Under the pieces are notes generated by a model, which saw only the letters and a program-made list of their open reading frames with translations, was not told the origin of the DNA and searched no databases. A stretch of 62,220 nt of DNA, counting the filler, from Sphacelaria rigidula (lineage: Eukaryota), in NCBI GenBank assembly GCA_964200075.2. It is 5 parts of 5 records of this genome, joined end to end, with 100 filler letters (N's around TTAATTAATTAA, not from the genome) between each part and the next. Parts side by side here need not be neighbours in the genome. Positions count along the whole stretch, not along the records: positions 1 to 12,367 come from CAXNAA020003850.1; positions 12,468 to 24,833 come from CAXNAA020003851.1; 3 more parts are not named here. One strand, 5' to 3'. Both the position numbers and the translations under genes were made by a program. Below, piece after piece: positions 1 through 13,040 of this stretch (position 1 is its first letter; each line of letters begins with the position of its first letter).

Positions 1-594
1 CGCAGTGCTCTCTACACACTGTTGAAACGCCCATGGTGTGTTGGCTGTTCCGTCTCGAGTCAAATGAACAAGGCGCTTCCCAAACCCATCATTTCTATAC
101 TGTAGTTGTCGCTGTGCTGTTGTGCATCTTAACACTCGACGACGATCACGGTGTGATGCGCGCTGGAGAGTGCATGAGCAGTTGTACCGCTGCATGCTGT
201 GTTTCGGTCTGCACAGAATCAAGGTGGGATCAAAGTGCTCTCCAAACAAAGAAAGGTTTAAACTATCGTCACGTAACGGCTGTGCAGCTGTCTGTTGCGT
301 CTTCTCTGGTACCTCAGTTATAGTCTGGTGCAGTGATCGGGGAAGACACGCAAGGCGGGTGCGTGCAGGTCGGGGCAAACAAACTGAGCCAGCACGGGTC
401 TGCTGTGTCCTCGTTTACTGACGGTAGCAGCTGTCTGCCTCGCAGTGGCGCAATGTGTGGACCAATCAAACCTGCTTTTTTACTTATTTCCACTCGTGTA
501 TCTCATCTCATTGAAGAAAGGTCACCGCATTTTGGTGTATTTGAAGACTCTGATTTGTCGAGAAACCTTGCCACTCATGAATCTTGCCCCCTAT

Positions 595-860
595 CTATGG
601 GCCCAGTGCACAACTTTTGAGCGGATGGGCACCTTCCCCTTGGTTAGACGATTAATACAATATGCGCATCATGGCCCAACTCGTCCGTGTCGACGAGATA
701 TTGCTTTGAGAGCTTAAACCCGTGTCTAAGCTTGCCCAGCTCGTATACCGTTCGAGATTTCATATAGATTTTGGTATAAATGTTATCTCCGTACGGTGCA
801 GGAATTACGAGACATGGGGTTTAATCAACGAGAAAAAATTGGCCCAGACTTTCAAGCACA
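595..860 (+). mobile_element. Rearranged terminal fragments of the same TIR family (also about 1285-1410 and 24934-25004)
   Basis: Shared gggcaccttcccctt...ggcccaactcgtccgtgtcga.gagatattgct...cccagctcgta terminus, matching 29355-29478. Confidence 0.75.
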
Positions 861-1475
861 TGGTGTGGTGAGGTTATCATGTGTGCACCCCAGTGTGCAC
901 GCAGGGGTTATGCAGTAGGGTTAAGTCTGACAGTCCTCGCGACGTACAGTTGTGTCCGAAGTAGTTCACACCTCAATAGGTTCACGCGGTAAGCTATATC
1001 CGCTTGCTCTTGTTCACTCGTATTCGTTATCGCTCAGTCCAATGCTCTCTCACGTTGTTCACCGTCTATAGCAATTCTTAGCAGTAGGTTCCAACTAGCG
1101 AGCCACCTGCGGGGTGTGCTGCTAAACCAAAGGGTATGACGTACACACCATGTCTATACCCTTTGTGCTGAACCTGGCCTGTTCCCTTTTATTGAACTCA
1201 TATCTGACCTAGTCAAGGCTGATCAGACCCGCACCCATCCGTTACCAGATTTCGTCATAAACGCTTCCTAGCCTCATGACAATAGGCACCTTCCCCTTGA
1301 TCAGACGATCAATACGATTTTTTTGAATGTAGATCACGGCCCAAATCGTCCGTGTCGATGAGATATTGCTTCGAGAGCTTGATAAGTCCGCGTCTAGGCC
1401 GGCCCAGTTAGTATCCTGTAGTCCTAATCAACTGCTGCCACCGAATTCCCGTGCATTTCTACTGCACATAGAGAC

Positions 1476-1665
1476 TGGTTTAATTGGGAACCTCAGAACC
1501 TTCAGACAGTTGGGACGTAGGGTCAAATCTCGGTGAAGTCACACGATCTGGGATTGTATCTCACGTCAGGCGCACCAGTGGAGAGCGACTTTGCCTTAGG
1601 TACACAGAGTTCGACCTCAGGGTCGACGTGATGAATGGATGCGACCGTTGGACCCTTCTCGCGAC
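1476..1665 (+). mobile_element. tRNA-derived SINE, diverged third copy
   Basis: gaaccttcagacagttgggacgtagggtcaaatctcggtgaagtcacacgatct...gtggagagcgac...ggtacacagagttcgac aligns to the other copies. Confidence 0.7.
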
Positions 1666-1863
1666 ACAGAAATATGAGTGAGGGGGGAAACTGGTATCCA
1701 GGGAAGAATATCGTCGTGCTACTGTTGTACTTTTATGTCGTAACCCTTTTGGGACCCTCTGCCCCACAATCGTGTGTTCGCGGCAGGTGTCCATTTGTGT
1801 TGTTTTCAAGTCAAAATGATGCTGCAGGGCAAGGGTCTCTCGAGAGAATTTCTTCGGACACGG

Positions 1864-1918
<55 letters not shown>

Positions 1919-4108
1919 TGTAATTTATTCTGGTTGTTTTNNNNNNNNNNTGGTCTCTTTGTTGGTTTTTTCAAGCCAAAAGGAGGCGGCCGGGCAAGGG
2001 CCCCCCCACAAGATTTCCTCAGGCAGGAAACCCCCCCCCCCCCCCCCCGCCCCGCCCCTCCTCCCGGAGGACGATTTTTCGAAAATTGTCATGATTTTCG
2101 TCATTTTTTTTCGTGATTTTTTTTGTCGAAATTGTTGAAAGAGAGTGATCAACAAACACGAACAAAACGAAAAATCTGGCGGGTTTGCGAGCTTTGTATG
2201 TTTGCTTCTACTGCTTCTGCTTCTTGCCCGCCCTGTGACGATGACCTCGGATGGATGCCGGCAACGCTCACACGCATCTATGTACAATACACGAGCGCAC
2301 GGTAGCGACAGCCTGCAGCCAAAGAAGCAACATTATCTCACGCCTCGCCAAATTACTACTAGAGGTGGAGAGTCGAGGCACACGACACGGAACATGGTCC
2401 CATAAGTGTAATCATGACAGATGATGAGCTCGGAGGGTCGGTGTGTCCGTCATCTCAGCGGTCTCCATGCCAAGGATCTCTGTACACGGCAGCTGACCGC
2501 ATCCGCCTACGCCTCGGCATTCAACTAGAGGACAGCAGGCTGGGTGCCCTCCCCCTCCCTCAAAAACTCGAACTTTCGATGTTGGGGCCTACTACGTGTC
2601 CCGAAATATATTTTAGACAGATCCTTGTGCAGGGGCCTATTTTTTCAGGTACAGAAGAGCTGACGGCGTTTCGGAGACATGAGACCCCAGGTCCCACTCC
2701 CGCCTCCGCTCTCCGCTCCGCCCCCGTGTAAATATGAAACGGATTTCGTACAGTACGTCCTTGAAACCTTGAAGCAGCACTCCTCCCCGGTAGAGGAAGT
2801 ACTCTGTACATGACATGCTTCATCGAGCCCTCTGATACACTCAGTGCTGCCTCAAAATCACACAGGAGGCCCCAATGCATTGCACACCTCTTCCCACTAA
2901 AACTTCTAGTGTGCACAGTAGTAGCAGTAGTGGTGTGAAGTACACCCTCGGCTAAACTTTTGCCCGAGCTCTGCGGCATCCACCACAACTCACACACAAA
3001 CGAACGCGCTCCTTCAAAACAACGTTACAGCCCTGAATCTTACAAATCGACAGTTGCGGCCCTTCACTTCTCCCCCCCGCGCCTCGGGGTGCTTGAAGAC
3101 GATCGTGCTCGTCCATAGCGCCAGCCGACAGAAGCATATTTGTATACTGTGTACAAAAAGGGGAGGCAGCATTTTTTGCTGAGGCAGCATAGCCTCCCCC
3201 CGGGGCATAAAGATGAAGTTAGGCTGCGATGCTCGTCGGGACTTGGTCCCACGTTCGCAAATCTACCGTGAGTCAACGTATGAGTAAACGCGCGTTGATC
3301 ACAACAGTCACCAGTGACAACCAGGATTTACACCATAAGATAACGGTGTTTTATAACTGGAGCATCTACACGAACGGCACAAAAGAAACAAGCTGCAGCA
3401 GACAGTGGACAGCCTTTTACTGGAAATCATTCGTCCGGGGGTTAAACAGACGTCTGCGGCATCAAACAAACAATCGAACCATTTGAAAAGAAAACACGCC
3501 CACTTGTAGGGAGCAACTACAATAAGGCGGCAGAATAAAAAATGACCTAAACGAGGAAGGAGCAAGACGACCCACCGAGTTCATCCTTTCCTCTTGAGCC
3601 TAACGACTCTGTCAAGTCAACCACCGAAAAACAAATATGAGGACAGGCGCCTGCCTGTCCTACTCCATACCGGACATACACGAGACGGTTACAAATGACT
3701 CACACTCTGAATTCCCGACCCAACATCACGTATGACACAACAACAACGAACGTGGAGCGCGCAAGGCGCTACTAACACGTCGTGCATGTTATGATTTTTT
3801 GCCCTCCACGGGTGCCAAATTAAGGTGCCGAAGTCACACGCAGATTCTGAAATACAGTTGAAATAATACAGATACAAAATGCCCATCGCGGGAAAAAACG
3901 AAGAAAATGAAGCCGCTCTCCCTCTTCTCCGTAAGCTCTCAACTCCAACACTGCAGAACGCAGTTGTCATGTTCCACCCAGATTTCTTGCGAGGGACAGT
4001 ACCGATGAATATCAGCCCGTCTCAGGAGACGATCTCATATCACTACCATCACCGTCAGTACCGCTGCTGCTTTTCCAGCGGGTGCACGAGCGCTGTATCA
4101 CCGTTTGG

Positions 4109-7100
4109 TCACCGTTGCGAACTAGAGCGCCGGGGATCTTTCGAAGCTACTCCATCGGGTGCTCTGAGCAGAGCTCCTACGTGACCACGAGGAGGCAACA
4201 GCAAGGGACAAGGAAGAAGGAAGAAGCAGACGTAGTTGGGTAAGTAGTGGGGAAAACGCATTTCATGTCGCATTGTGTATGTCAGCACCCTCATTACCCT
4301 CAATAGTTGGACAAAATGACGTAATTCATGTGCCACACGCGCATAAAGTGGGGAGAGACATTCGGTGTGGAGGCCGCGAAAAAGGTGCACGAGCTTATTT
4401 CTCAATAGACATGGTTTTTGTTTCTTAACCAACTGTGCATCTATTTGGTAATTTAGTCACGAGGAATCAAGCGAGAGCCATTGGCTGGTGTTTACTCCAC
4501 CACCGCCTTGCGAAGTACTGGTTGCGCACCTATGGTTGTACAGCTTGAGATTCATCGCAAGCAACCACTCCACACACTCACCGTCTGACGCAGTTCTCCA
4601 TTCCTCACTGTCTTCGCGAATAATAGCGTCATGCGCCGGTACGGTGTCGCCAGACCTGCCCCCGTTTTCGACCCCATTCGCGGCTTTTTGGACACCACTA
4701 CCCGCCGTCCTAGTGCCCTGGCCAGGCGTAGTACTGCTGCGATGTGTAGGGCTGTGTCCTTTGGCATTGAGCCCCGGACGCGTCCTCCGTTGTGGGGGGG
4801 GGCTGACGTGTCCCGGGCGAGAGTACTCGTTCGACCGAGGTCTGGGCTGCTGTGGCTCAGGGCGCGGCTGCTGTACCGCGCTGTGTACTGTCGGTGCGGG
4901 TGAATTCTGGAAAGTTCGCGGCTTTGGGGCCGGATGGGGTTGTGGGCGGGGGTTGACATGTTCCGGGCGAGAGTACTCGTTTGACCGAGGTCTGGGCTGC
5001 TGTGGCTCAGGCCGTGGCTGCTGCACCGCGCTGTGTGCTGTCGGTGCGTGGGAATTCTGGACGGTTCGCGGCTTTGAGGCCGGATGGGGTTGTGAGGGGG
5101 GGTCGACGTATCCCGGGCGAGAGTGCTCCTTCGGCCGCGGTCGAGGCTGCTGTGGCTCAGGTCGCGGCTGCTGCACCGCGCTGTGTACTATCGGTGTGAA
5201 GGCATTCTGGGCGGTTCGCGGTTTTTGGACCGGGTGAGGTTGGTCCACTGAGCGAGGACGTTCCGGAGGGCCGGCGTTGACAACTGGGCGGTTGGTTGAG
5301 GGGGGCCTTTCCACGACGGCAGGGGCGCTCCTGAGGAATGAATAAATGACGCAAGTTTACGGTAATTTGAAGGTGCGGTAAGTTAGGGCGCAAAGGCAGG
5401 GGACGGAGGGGGAGGAGGGGCACGCTTTTCTTCAGTGCTTTATTTTTCAACCTAGTCTCTTGTCCCGGAGGAGGCCGGACATATGAAGTCAAGCGATCAA
5501 CCCGTCTCTTCCCCGGGTTCCTGCCTCATCATTTACTTCATGGAGCATCGTTGCATCGTACCAATTTGAGCACCGAGGGGGAGCAGCAACTACCGCCATG
5601 TACTGCGTACCGCCGTGCACGACTATGTATTACATCGTACCGTGCATGGCATGAATCGAGTGAGCACATCAAACCCGCGAGCGAAATAGGATCAACACAA
5701 AATTTCAACAATGCAGATGGGTACACCACGTCAGGTGAAAAATGCAAAAAAACACAACGGCCAACACATGAGGGGTTATTCATCAAGGTGCACAACAATG
5801 GAGCCGTCTAGGGCACGAAAACAACGATTTGGGACATGTTTTTGTCATGTACGAGGTTGTGATAAAGTGAGCGTTACTCAATTTGAACGATGAATCGTGT
5901 GTTTCACTTGCTCTGTTCTCAGATTCCAGCATGGCTCAGACAGGACTCTGTATTGCGCTGTACCCTAGGGGGGGGTAGCTTGAAGAGAAGTGGGGGGATT
6001 AGGGGAATCCAAGCCACCCTTTCGTTTCGTGGAGGGAGGAGTTGATGTTCCTCTCAAGACAAACCAGAAATGCATGTACTGTTGTAAGAGGTGAGCTTCA
6101 GTAGCGTACCGTCTGCGTCGATCGGTGGATTTGGTCCTGTCCTCTCTGTATTTGTTCAATTTGTCCTCGTTTGTGAATCCAAGCTTCTCCCTGAACCACA
6201 TGCTCGTTGCCCACAGAAGCTGTTCACAAGCAACAAGCAAGAGAGGTACCGGACGATGACAACAATCCAGAGCAAACGACGCTGTGAGGGGAAGATTCTT
6301 CCACCATTCATTTCCGGAACGATATCACCGGGTAACCTCCAACGCCCCCAATCCTGGCGCTATTGCTGAACAGCTCCTGTTCCTTTGCAAAACGCCACCC
6401 CCAATGATTACATATCGTGAAGAGTATTATTCCGTTGCCAACGATCCATAACTTGTGTACGTATTTTTGCCAACTAGTTCTTCATATATTTCACATATTT
6501 CCAAACGTCAATCAAGAATCGGTCCGTGCCATCTGAGGCGCTAGGGGTTGATTCAACGTGCCACCTGATTGTCCGAAATGACCTGAATGGACAGGCTGAT
6601 CGGTCCTGAGAAAATCTCAAGCACTGATTTTCGGAACGCTGTTGATAGCCTCATCCCAGATACCGGGGACAGACGACCTAGCTGTAGTGACAAGGTTAAC
6701 TGCGTGAAATGACACGGCGCTACCGCACCAGCATAGCCGTACACTCTGTCCACTAGCCTACGGCAATGGAGTGAATACCTCACATGACATTTTCTCACCT
6801 GGAACCCTGCAAGTCCAACAATGGCCATGTTGGTGAAGGACAGGACCACACCTAGCGCCACCTCGTCGTACCTGTCAACCGGAGCCAGTTCGAATTGAAC
6901 AGCGACCATTGATCAGTGCGCCGAAGTCAAAGGGAGAGAGCATGTGTGTCAAGATCGACCGCCCGTAGGTGCATGCAGAACATACAACTCAGTTTTTTAG
7001 AGCGACACAACATATGCCGTATCTGGGCGGCGACAACACCTTTGCAAGTGATATTCCAGACGTTGCTCTGTTTCATGTTTGTAAGCCATGCTTCATCTCG

Positions 7101-7292
7101 GCGGGCACCCTGTCCACAATGCCATGACCACGAGAATTATACTTCGTACCACTGCAGGTGATTGAGCGGGACAGCGATATCATGTGACCACGGCTGGATC
7201 CCTGGGGGGTCAGTTGAAGTGCGACAATCAATCAAATCAAAATTAAGACGTCACCGTGTGCCACACAGCTAGCCGCAGAATGTGGGAACACA

Positions 7293-7335
<43 letters not shown>

Positions 7336-10300
7336 GCAAACGCTTTGCTGATGGAAACATGCTCACGTCGACGTGCACCAAGTTGGTTGAGCACGCACTC
7401 CAGCATGCTGGAGCAGCGCTTGTTTTCCACTTACTCAATTTCGGCTCATTTCCCCTAATCCCGTGACACCGTCGTTCCCAACCTCTGAAAATGAACCATC
7501 ATATATCAAGATACCAAGTGCTGAGGGAGAGAGAGAGAGAGAGAGAGAGAGCAAGCCTTCGAGACCATCGACTCGTTCGGAGACTCGCCCCAAGGAACGG
7601 GGGGTGGTGAAGTACGAAAAATAAGACTTGAGATGCACTTACCCGTCGTCTTCCGTAACTTCGGCCTTGATAAGCAACCCGGCAAACAGCGTCAGGAAGG
7701 TCACCCACAAAGACGCCTCCGCCAGAGCGTTTTCATCATCCCGCAGGTAGGGCGACAAGCCCGACAGTACTCGCAGTCCCGAGAGAGTAATGAGGATGGC
7801 GATAACCACCTGTCGGAACAGCGGCCGGCCATCACACAAGCAAATTAATCCGAACAATAACACAACCATTAGCTGGCGCGGAAGTACTGACAGGTCCCGT
7901 GACAATCAATCCGTGAGGACAGGGATCACGATCTAAAAGCGATCTAAAAGCAGCACCACACAAGGTACACACGGGACAAGAAAGGGCCGATTGCTAAGTG
8001 CGGGTCAAATGTGCGAGACGAACATTTTCTACGCGTTCCCGGTAGGTGTACTATACAGCTGCTGCAAACACGCGGCGGCGTCACTGTGTGTTGGAGTGGC
8101 ACACCATGAAAACAAATGAGCGCTCGCTGCAGTGTTTCCAATGGTGAGGTTGATTACGCGACCAGTATATTCGTATTCTCGATGCCGTCACAGCACTCGG
8201 CAGTGGCTGGCAGGAAATTGTGGAATAAAAAATATGGGTAACACCTACTCCTTGAATTGCCCTCTCACACCCACAGTCCCGCGTCGACAAAGCGGTAGTC
8301 GCCCGCCTACACGAAAAAGAAGGGAACTACAAAATGTGAACGCACGGATTCCCCCGTGTCTTCCAACACCTCTTCACGTTAAGCAATCTCGCGGTGCGGT
8401 CCCTGTGTTATACACACTGTAGTCGGTCAGTCAATCACCTGGGTAGGGGTCCCTTCCTTGAAGTAAACCAGCAGCCCAGTCAGCAAGAGCTTCCGCACAC
8501 ACTCCCAGCACTCGTACCAATACACGGCCGGGCGGTAGGTGCCCCACAGGAACCTGAAAGGCAAAACCAGCCAGGACGAGAAAAAAAAACAGGCGAAGGT
8601 GTCAGATGGATTGCTCTTGGTTGGCGACTCGAAACCAGCTATCATGCGCTGTTTGAATATTTTTTTCGTGACTGTTTTGGGGGTGGTTTGGGGGAAGACT
8701 ATCGCGCCATCACTCATGTTTGTGGAAAATCTTCCCTCACCATGTATTGTTGACCTCGTAAGCGTTTTTTTCTCGTTGATTCACGCGCGTCTTTTGTAAG
8801 CAGGCGTTCGCTACCATGTATCGCTGCCCTTCCGGGCATGTCCTTGTTGGGCACCTCGACTGCAACACAAATACGTGTCATCATGTGATAACCCTGCAAG
8901 TCGAACGGGTCAGGTTAGGAACTGCAGCGGCACAACTGCACACTACGCACACAAAATCGCTCAAGAGGTACGAGGTAGGCGAGCCTAGAAACGGGTTTAA
9001 GCTCTCAAGGGAATGTCTTATCGACACAGACGAGTTTGGCCATGATCCGCATATTTTATGAATCGCCCAATCAAGGGGAAGATGCCCATCTGCTCAAAAT
9101 TTTGGGCCTATATTCTCTCGTTGATTAAACCCCATGTCTAGTAATTCCTACACCTAACGGAGATAGCGCCCATACCAACATCGACCGATGCATTCAGCGG
9201 ATGGCGACGACTTTTGGTGAGGACATCCCCTGGAGCACGGGGAGACGACATATACCCTCAGCTTCCCCTAATTCGTTATCTATCTCGAGATATGGCGCAC
9301 ATAATTTTACATCCTAAAATCAATACATTACGAGCAGAGGCATTGGACGAACAAAATCTGGATATCGCGTCTCAGTTTTTGAGAATTGTGCAATGAAATT
9401 TCGTGTGGAGAACCGCTAGTGCATAATAAAGCTCGTACAGCAGTTTTTTTTTTCATTTATTTCGGGTTTTCAGGGGAGTTTTGAGGAGAAATGAACACTG
9501 CTCTTCGGCCTTGCAGTATCTCAATTTTTTCAGCTCAACTTTGAGAATTGTGATTTGAAACTCAGCATGGAGAACCACAGAGGTATGCTGGATAAAAAAA
9601 ATATGGACATTCATTTGTTTATTTAGTGGGGGGGGGGGGGGGGTTCGGGCCTTCTCGTAAAAAAATGGTATTTACCATACTAAAACGCCCTAAACTAGTG
9701 AAAAAAGTGTATGTATACCAACGTGACACACTTCGTTTTGTTAAAATTCCCTAGCCACGGCCCACACAAAGTTTCAATGCACAAACACCAAACGTGGGCA
9801 GGTAAGTGACCTGCAAAATACTGTTGTCTCTTGACATGAATGTATTGTCCTGTTCTTGATATATATAAAAAAAGCATCGCTCACTTCGTCTTTTGGATGG
9901 TGGGGTCCTCGTCTCTGACAGTGGCGGAAAGCTCGGGGTTGTGAGGATCCGGGTTAATCCTCGCCCGTCCTCTGTATAGCACAGCCAAGTACGTGACTGG
10001 GATGCCCACCGGAAAAATGATCACCATGATGATGGAATACCACTGTATAGAGTAGTTCCATTCCATCAGTGCAGTAGTAGTAGTAGCGTGCAATGTACGC
10101 GTACAACGGTTCGAGGGGGAAGACGCAACACAGACGGAGGCCGAGCAAGGTCAGTGCGGTAAGGGGGGTGGGGTGGTTGGTGCATTCATTGATTGCTGCG
10201 GCACATTTACTCCGGGTAAAATTGACAATAACAACAAAAAGTGCGGTTGTGTGGCAATCAGTTCCCCAAAACAACCGTGAGTAACAGGAGATTCTGAAAA

Positions 10301-11536
10301 ATGGCAATCGATTTTTTTTTTACCATGGGGAATATTTTTTTTAATGGTGCTCGGGATTGTGTGAAATGGTACCCCACCAAGGTAGAAGGCCCCTCTGAGG
10401 GCACTCAAGGTTCGAAAACGCTCTCTTGGGAGCCTCCAGTTCGCTCCAAGTAGTTTTTTGCGGAGGGGTACAACTACTATACTGTATCCCACAATTCCGA
10501 ACGCCATCGAAAACATTTCGTTTCATGAAAAAGAGTTCGAGTTGATCCCCAAATTTTCAGAATGCCCTGTTGGAGTGTAGGGTTCTGCTGCATGTTCGTC
10601 GTGGCTTGGTACGATGGCGGCAAACTATATATATTTGTTTCATGTTTTGAGTCTGTCCGAGCGTGTTTTGTGAGCATCTTGAGACCTACTGGAGTGAGAA
10701 ACGTCATGCCATTCGGTAGTGAATCACCTCCGGGTGAATATACACTGATGGATGCTTCGAACAAGAACAAAAACAATACATGCGTGCGGCACTTGCGCTA
10801 AGCGAACGGAATTTCTCGCCTTGATGAAGGTGTAGCGGGTGCTGTTGCAGCTGATGCTATAGTCCGCCCTCAAGTACGAGGTGCCATCGTCGAAGTCTTG
10901 ACAGTCAAACGACTTCAGCACCTGGATCATGACCGAATCACACAGGGGCCGGATTTTTTTCGTTACAAAATGGACAGCGGGCGGGAAGATTGGCGATGAG
11001 CAAAAGCGATGGGATTTGCATCAGAAATCCCAGCCTGACATGCTGAACGAGAGAAAAATAAATGAAGTAGCGAACAGATTCAGGGGGAAATATCGCGGCG
11101 AACAAGCAGCGGGCAATGCTGCCAGGAAGACAGACTGCTGTAAGTCTTCTGCACCTCGAACAAGTCAGACATGAGTCCAACAAAACGTGACCAACACCAA
11201 CAAGGTGCTTCTTTGTGATCAGTCATGATCCAGCTAGGAAAGGCAATGGAATATCAGCTCGCTTTTCGCCTTCCTATGCTGTCAGTGACGGCACGTCAAA
11301 TCTAATGTCCAACGCATCAAACAGGTTATCCTTACCTCACCTGACTATCGGTCGCAGTAGGTGCGTTACGGTACTCACGAGTGTGCTAGTAATAATGTAG
11401 AAAAAGAATCCCGTGAGCAGTACACCTCCCGTCGTACGATCCCACGCTGCTTGCCGTTGCCGAGCCGTGGCCTTCGAGTTCCTGAGCCGCAAACACGCAG
11501 AATGCACGGAACAAACGCGAAGATACATGAGTATAC
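4109..11536 (-). CDS. Multi-pass membrane protein with the conserved protist C-terminal TM module and a Pro/Gln-rich cytoplasmic tail; 5'-partial, spliced
   Basis: Phase-consistent exons: 11536-11379, 10921-10820, 10042-9885, 8553-8439, 7809-7643, 6871-6799, 6219-6110, 5330-4582 and probable terminal 4176-4109. Translation includes FDCQDFDDGTSYLRADYSISC, IIFPVGIPVTY, FLWGTYRPAVYWYECWECVRKLLLTGLL and several hydrophobic helices. These are motifs I recognise from a large stramenopile membrane-protein family. All acceptors are AG; donors are GT except one GC. Confidence 0.85.
4790..5240 (-). repeat. Coding tandem repeat, 3 x 150 bp (50 aa: ...HSAVQQPRPEPQQPRPR...)
   Basis: gctgctgtggctcag recurs at about 4846, 4996 and 5146, a 150-bp period, in frame within exon 5330-4582. 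Confidence 0.93.
8969..9825 (-). mobile_element. Diverged partial copy of the 28256-29476 TIR element, inverted
   Basis: Collinear reverse-complement similarity to about 28600-29476 (e.g. caaggggaagatgcccatctgctcaaaa, aatctggatatcgcgtctcagtttttgag, accgctagtgcataa). Confidence 0.85.
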
Positions 11537-12367
11537 CTGGTATGTGTTCCCCGTTGTCTCCGTGGTGCTGTTAACTGCCCCCCTTATCGGGATGATTGTG
11601 GACAATAGTCTAGTCTCGGGGATCGATCTATGTCTTCCCCAGCACCTGCCTCGTGCTTTATTCTGAAACCTTCCATCAGCAGCACCCCGCAGGCTGTCAT
11701 CTTCCACCCAACTTATTTCCCACACAGTTGCGCCAAAAGATGAGGCAAAATGTTGCGAGTGTATTTATTCTGCGGCACCCAGCAACGCATTACAGGAACT
11801 TACCTGCAACGCCTTTTTGAGGATAGAGTGCAGGACAAATACGTGCTACTGTAGTATATAGTATCCAACGTCATCCTTCGACGATGTCTTGCGGCTGCAT
11901 ATCTCGGGGAAACGTAAAGCCGTGAACTTTATTCGATACTGGGTTACAAGACTGCAGATGAAGTGCAGGGTGAACATTTGGAAACACTTGTGTGGCCATC
12001 ACAGCCGACAGACAAAAGTCAAGATGACAGATGGCAGTAGGAGTAACAGCTACCGAGAAGTACAACAAGAGCTTACCGCACACTCACACACGCGCACACG
12101 AAAGACAGCATCGTTGGAGCGAAATTTCACGGTAGACCACTTGAACCTCTGCAGCTGACGCAACGGATAGCTCCGTGGAGCAAAATCTGCATGTCGTACC
12201 TGATGGATCTAACGGTCAGCGCAACCCACTCTTTGTCTCCCGTCTTGAGTTGTAACAGGCACACTATGCACGCGAAACAAAAATGGAGCCACACTTCCAC
12301 ACGACGCTTTTTTTTTTTCGTTCTTCTAGTTACAGAATAAGGACTGAAGACTGCAGACTTCAGAAAA

Positions 12368-12467
12368 NNNNNNNNNNNNNNNNNNNNNNNNNNNNNNNNN
12401 NNNNNNNNNNNTTAATTAATTAANNNNNNNNNNNNNNNNNNNNNNNNNNNNNNNNNNNNNNNNNNNN
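12368..12467. other. Artificial scaffold linker (N44-TTAATTAATTAA-N44)
   Basis: 100-bp spacer whose core has stops in all six frames. Identical at four positions. Confidence 0.98.
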
Positions 12468-13040
12468 GGGGGAAGATGGCTACGCTAGGTCGCTAGTGTT
12501 TCGCGTCTTCCCTGCAAGAGAGAAATGCCACTTCAACCCCATTTTAGAGATCAACCCCAAATTTTTAAAATCGGCTCTTATTTGGTGATTCGAACCGGCG
12601 ATGGTTTGTCCCAACCGTGAAAGAGTACGTCGACCGCCGGTTGTTTTGGTGCAATGTTGGTTTTGCCTCATTGCCCTGCTATGCCATCTGGGTGTGAAAC
12701 GGTGAACGAGGTTTGTTGCAAAAGGCCACTCAGTTGCTGGAGAAATCTCAGGACATATTCCCAGCTGGTTTCGTATGCATCTGAAGTGGTGCAATTTGAG
12801 GCGAGGTGGATTTTCACTGTCGCAGGACTTCGTCAAGTGGGAATTATGCGATGCTGACCTGACATCTGAGGCTGACGAGATTCGTGCCAACAATACCAGC
12901 GTCGCGCGTCGTACTGTACCCTGAATCTTCACCCTTGGCGTGCTAGTGGAAGTGGTGAGAAAGGTCGTGCGATCTGCGCGGGTGAAAGCGAGTTGCATGT
13001 GATTGTTTTTTGTCCTAACAATCATTTCACCATTCAACAG

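Noticed and set aside
1800..2060. Poly-Pro/poly-Gly ORFs and near-duplicate sequence around a 10-N gap (also 40460-40700, 56870-57110, 61620-61860, 35860-35910)
   Set aside because: Long G/C homopolymers flanking gaps with degraded duplicate flanks are typical low-quality read ends or assembly artefacts, not coding repeats.
4488..5237. 249-aa Cys/Gly-rich plus-strand ORF
   Set aside because: Antisense shadow of the Pro/Gln repeat exon, whose minus-strand frame is supported by splice sites and phase.
11804..11845. Possible further upstream exon of the membrane protein (strong CAG|GTAAGT donor)
   Set aside because: The translation in the required phase does not look like the expected TM segment. 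Unresolved without RNA-seq.
12480..13037. 185-aa minus-strand ORF
   Set aside because: No recognisable motifs; it lies antisense within intronic or repeat sequence upstream of the first visible coiled-coil exon.
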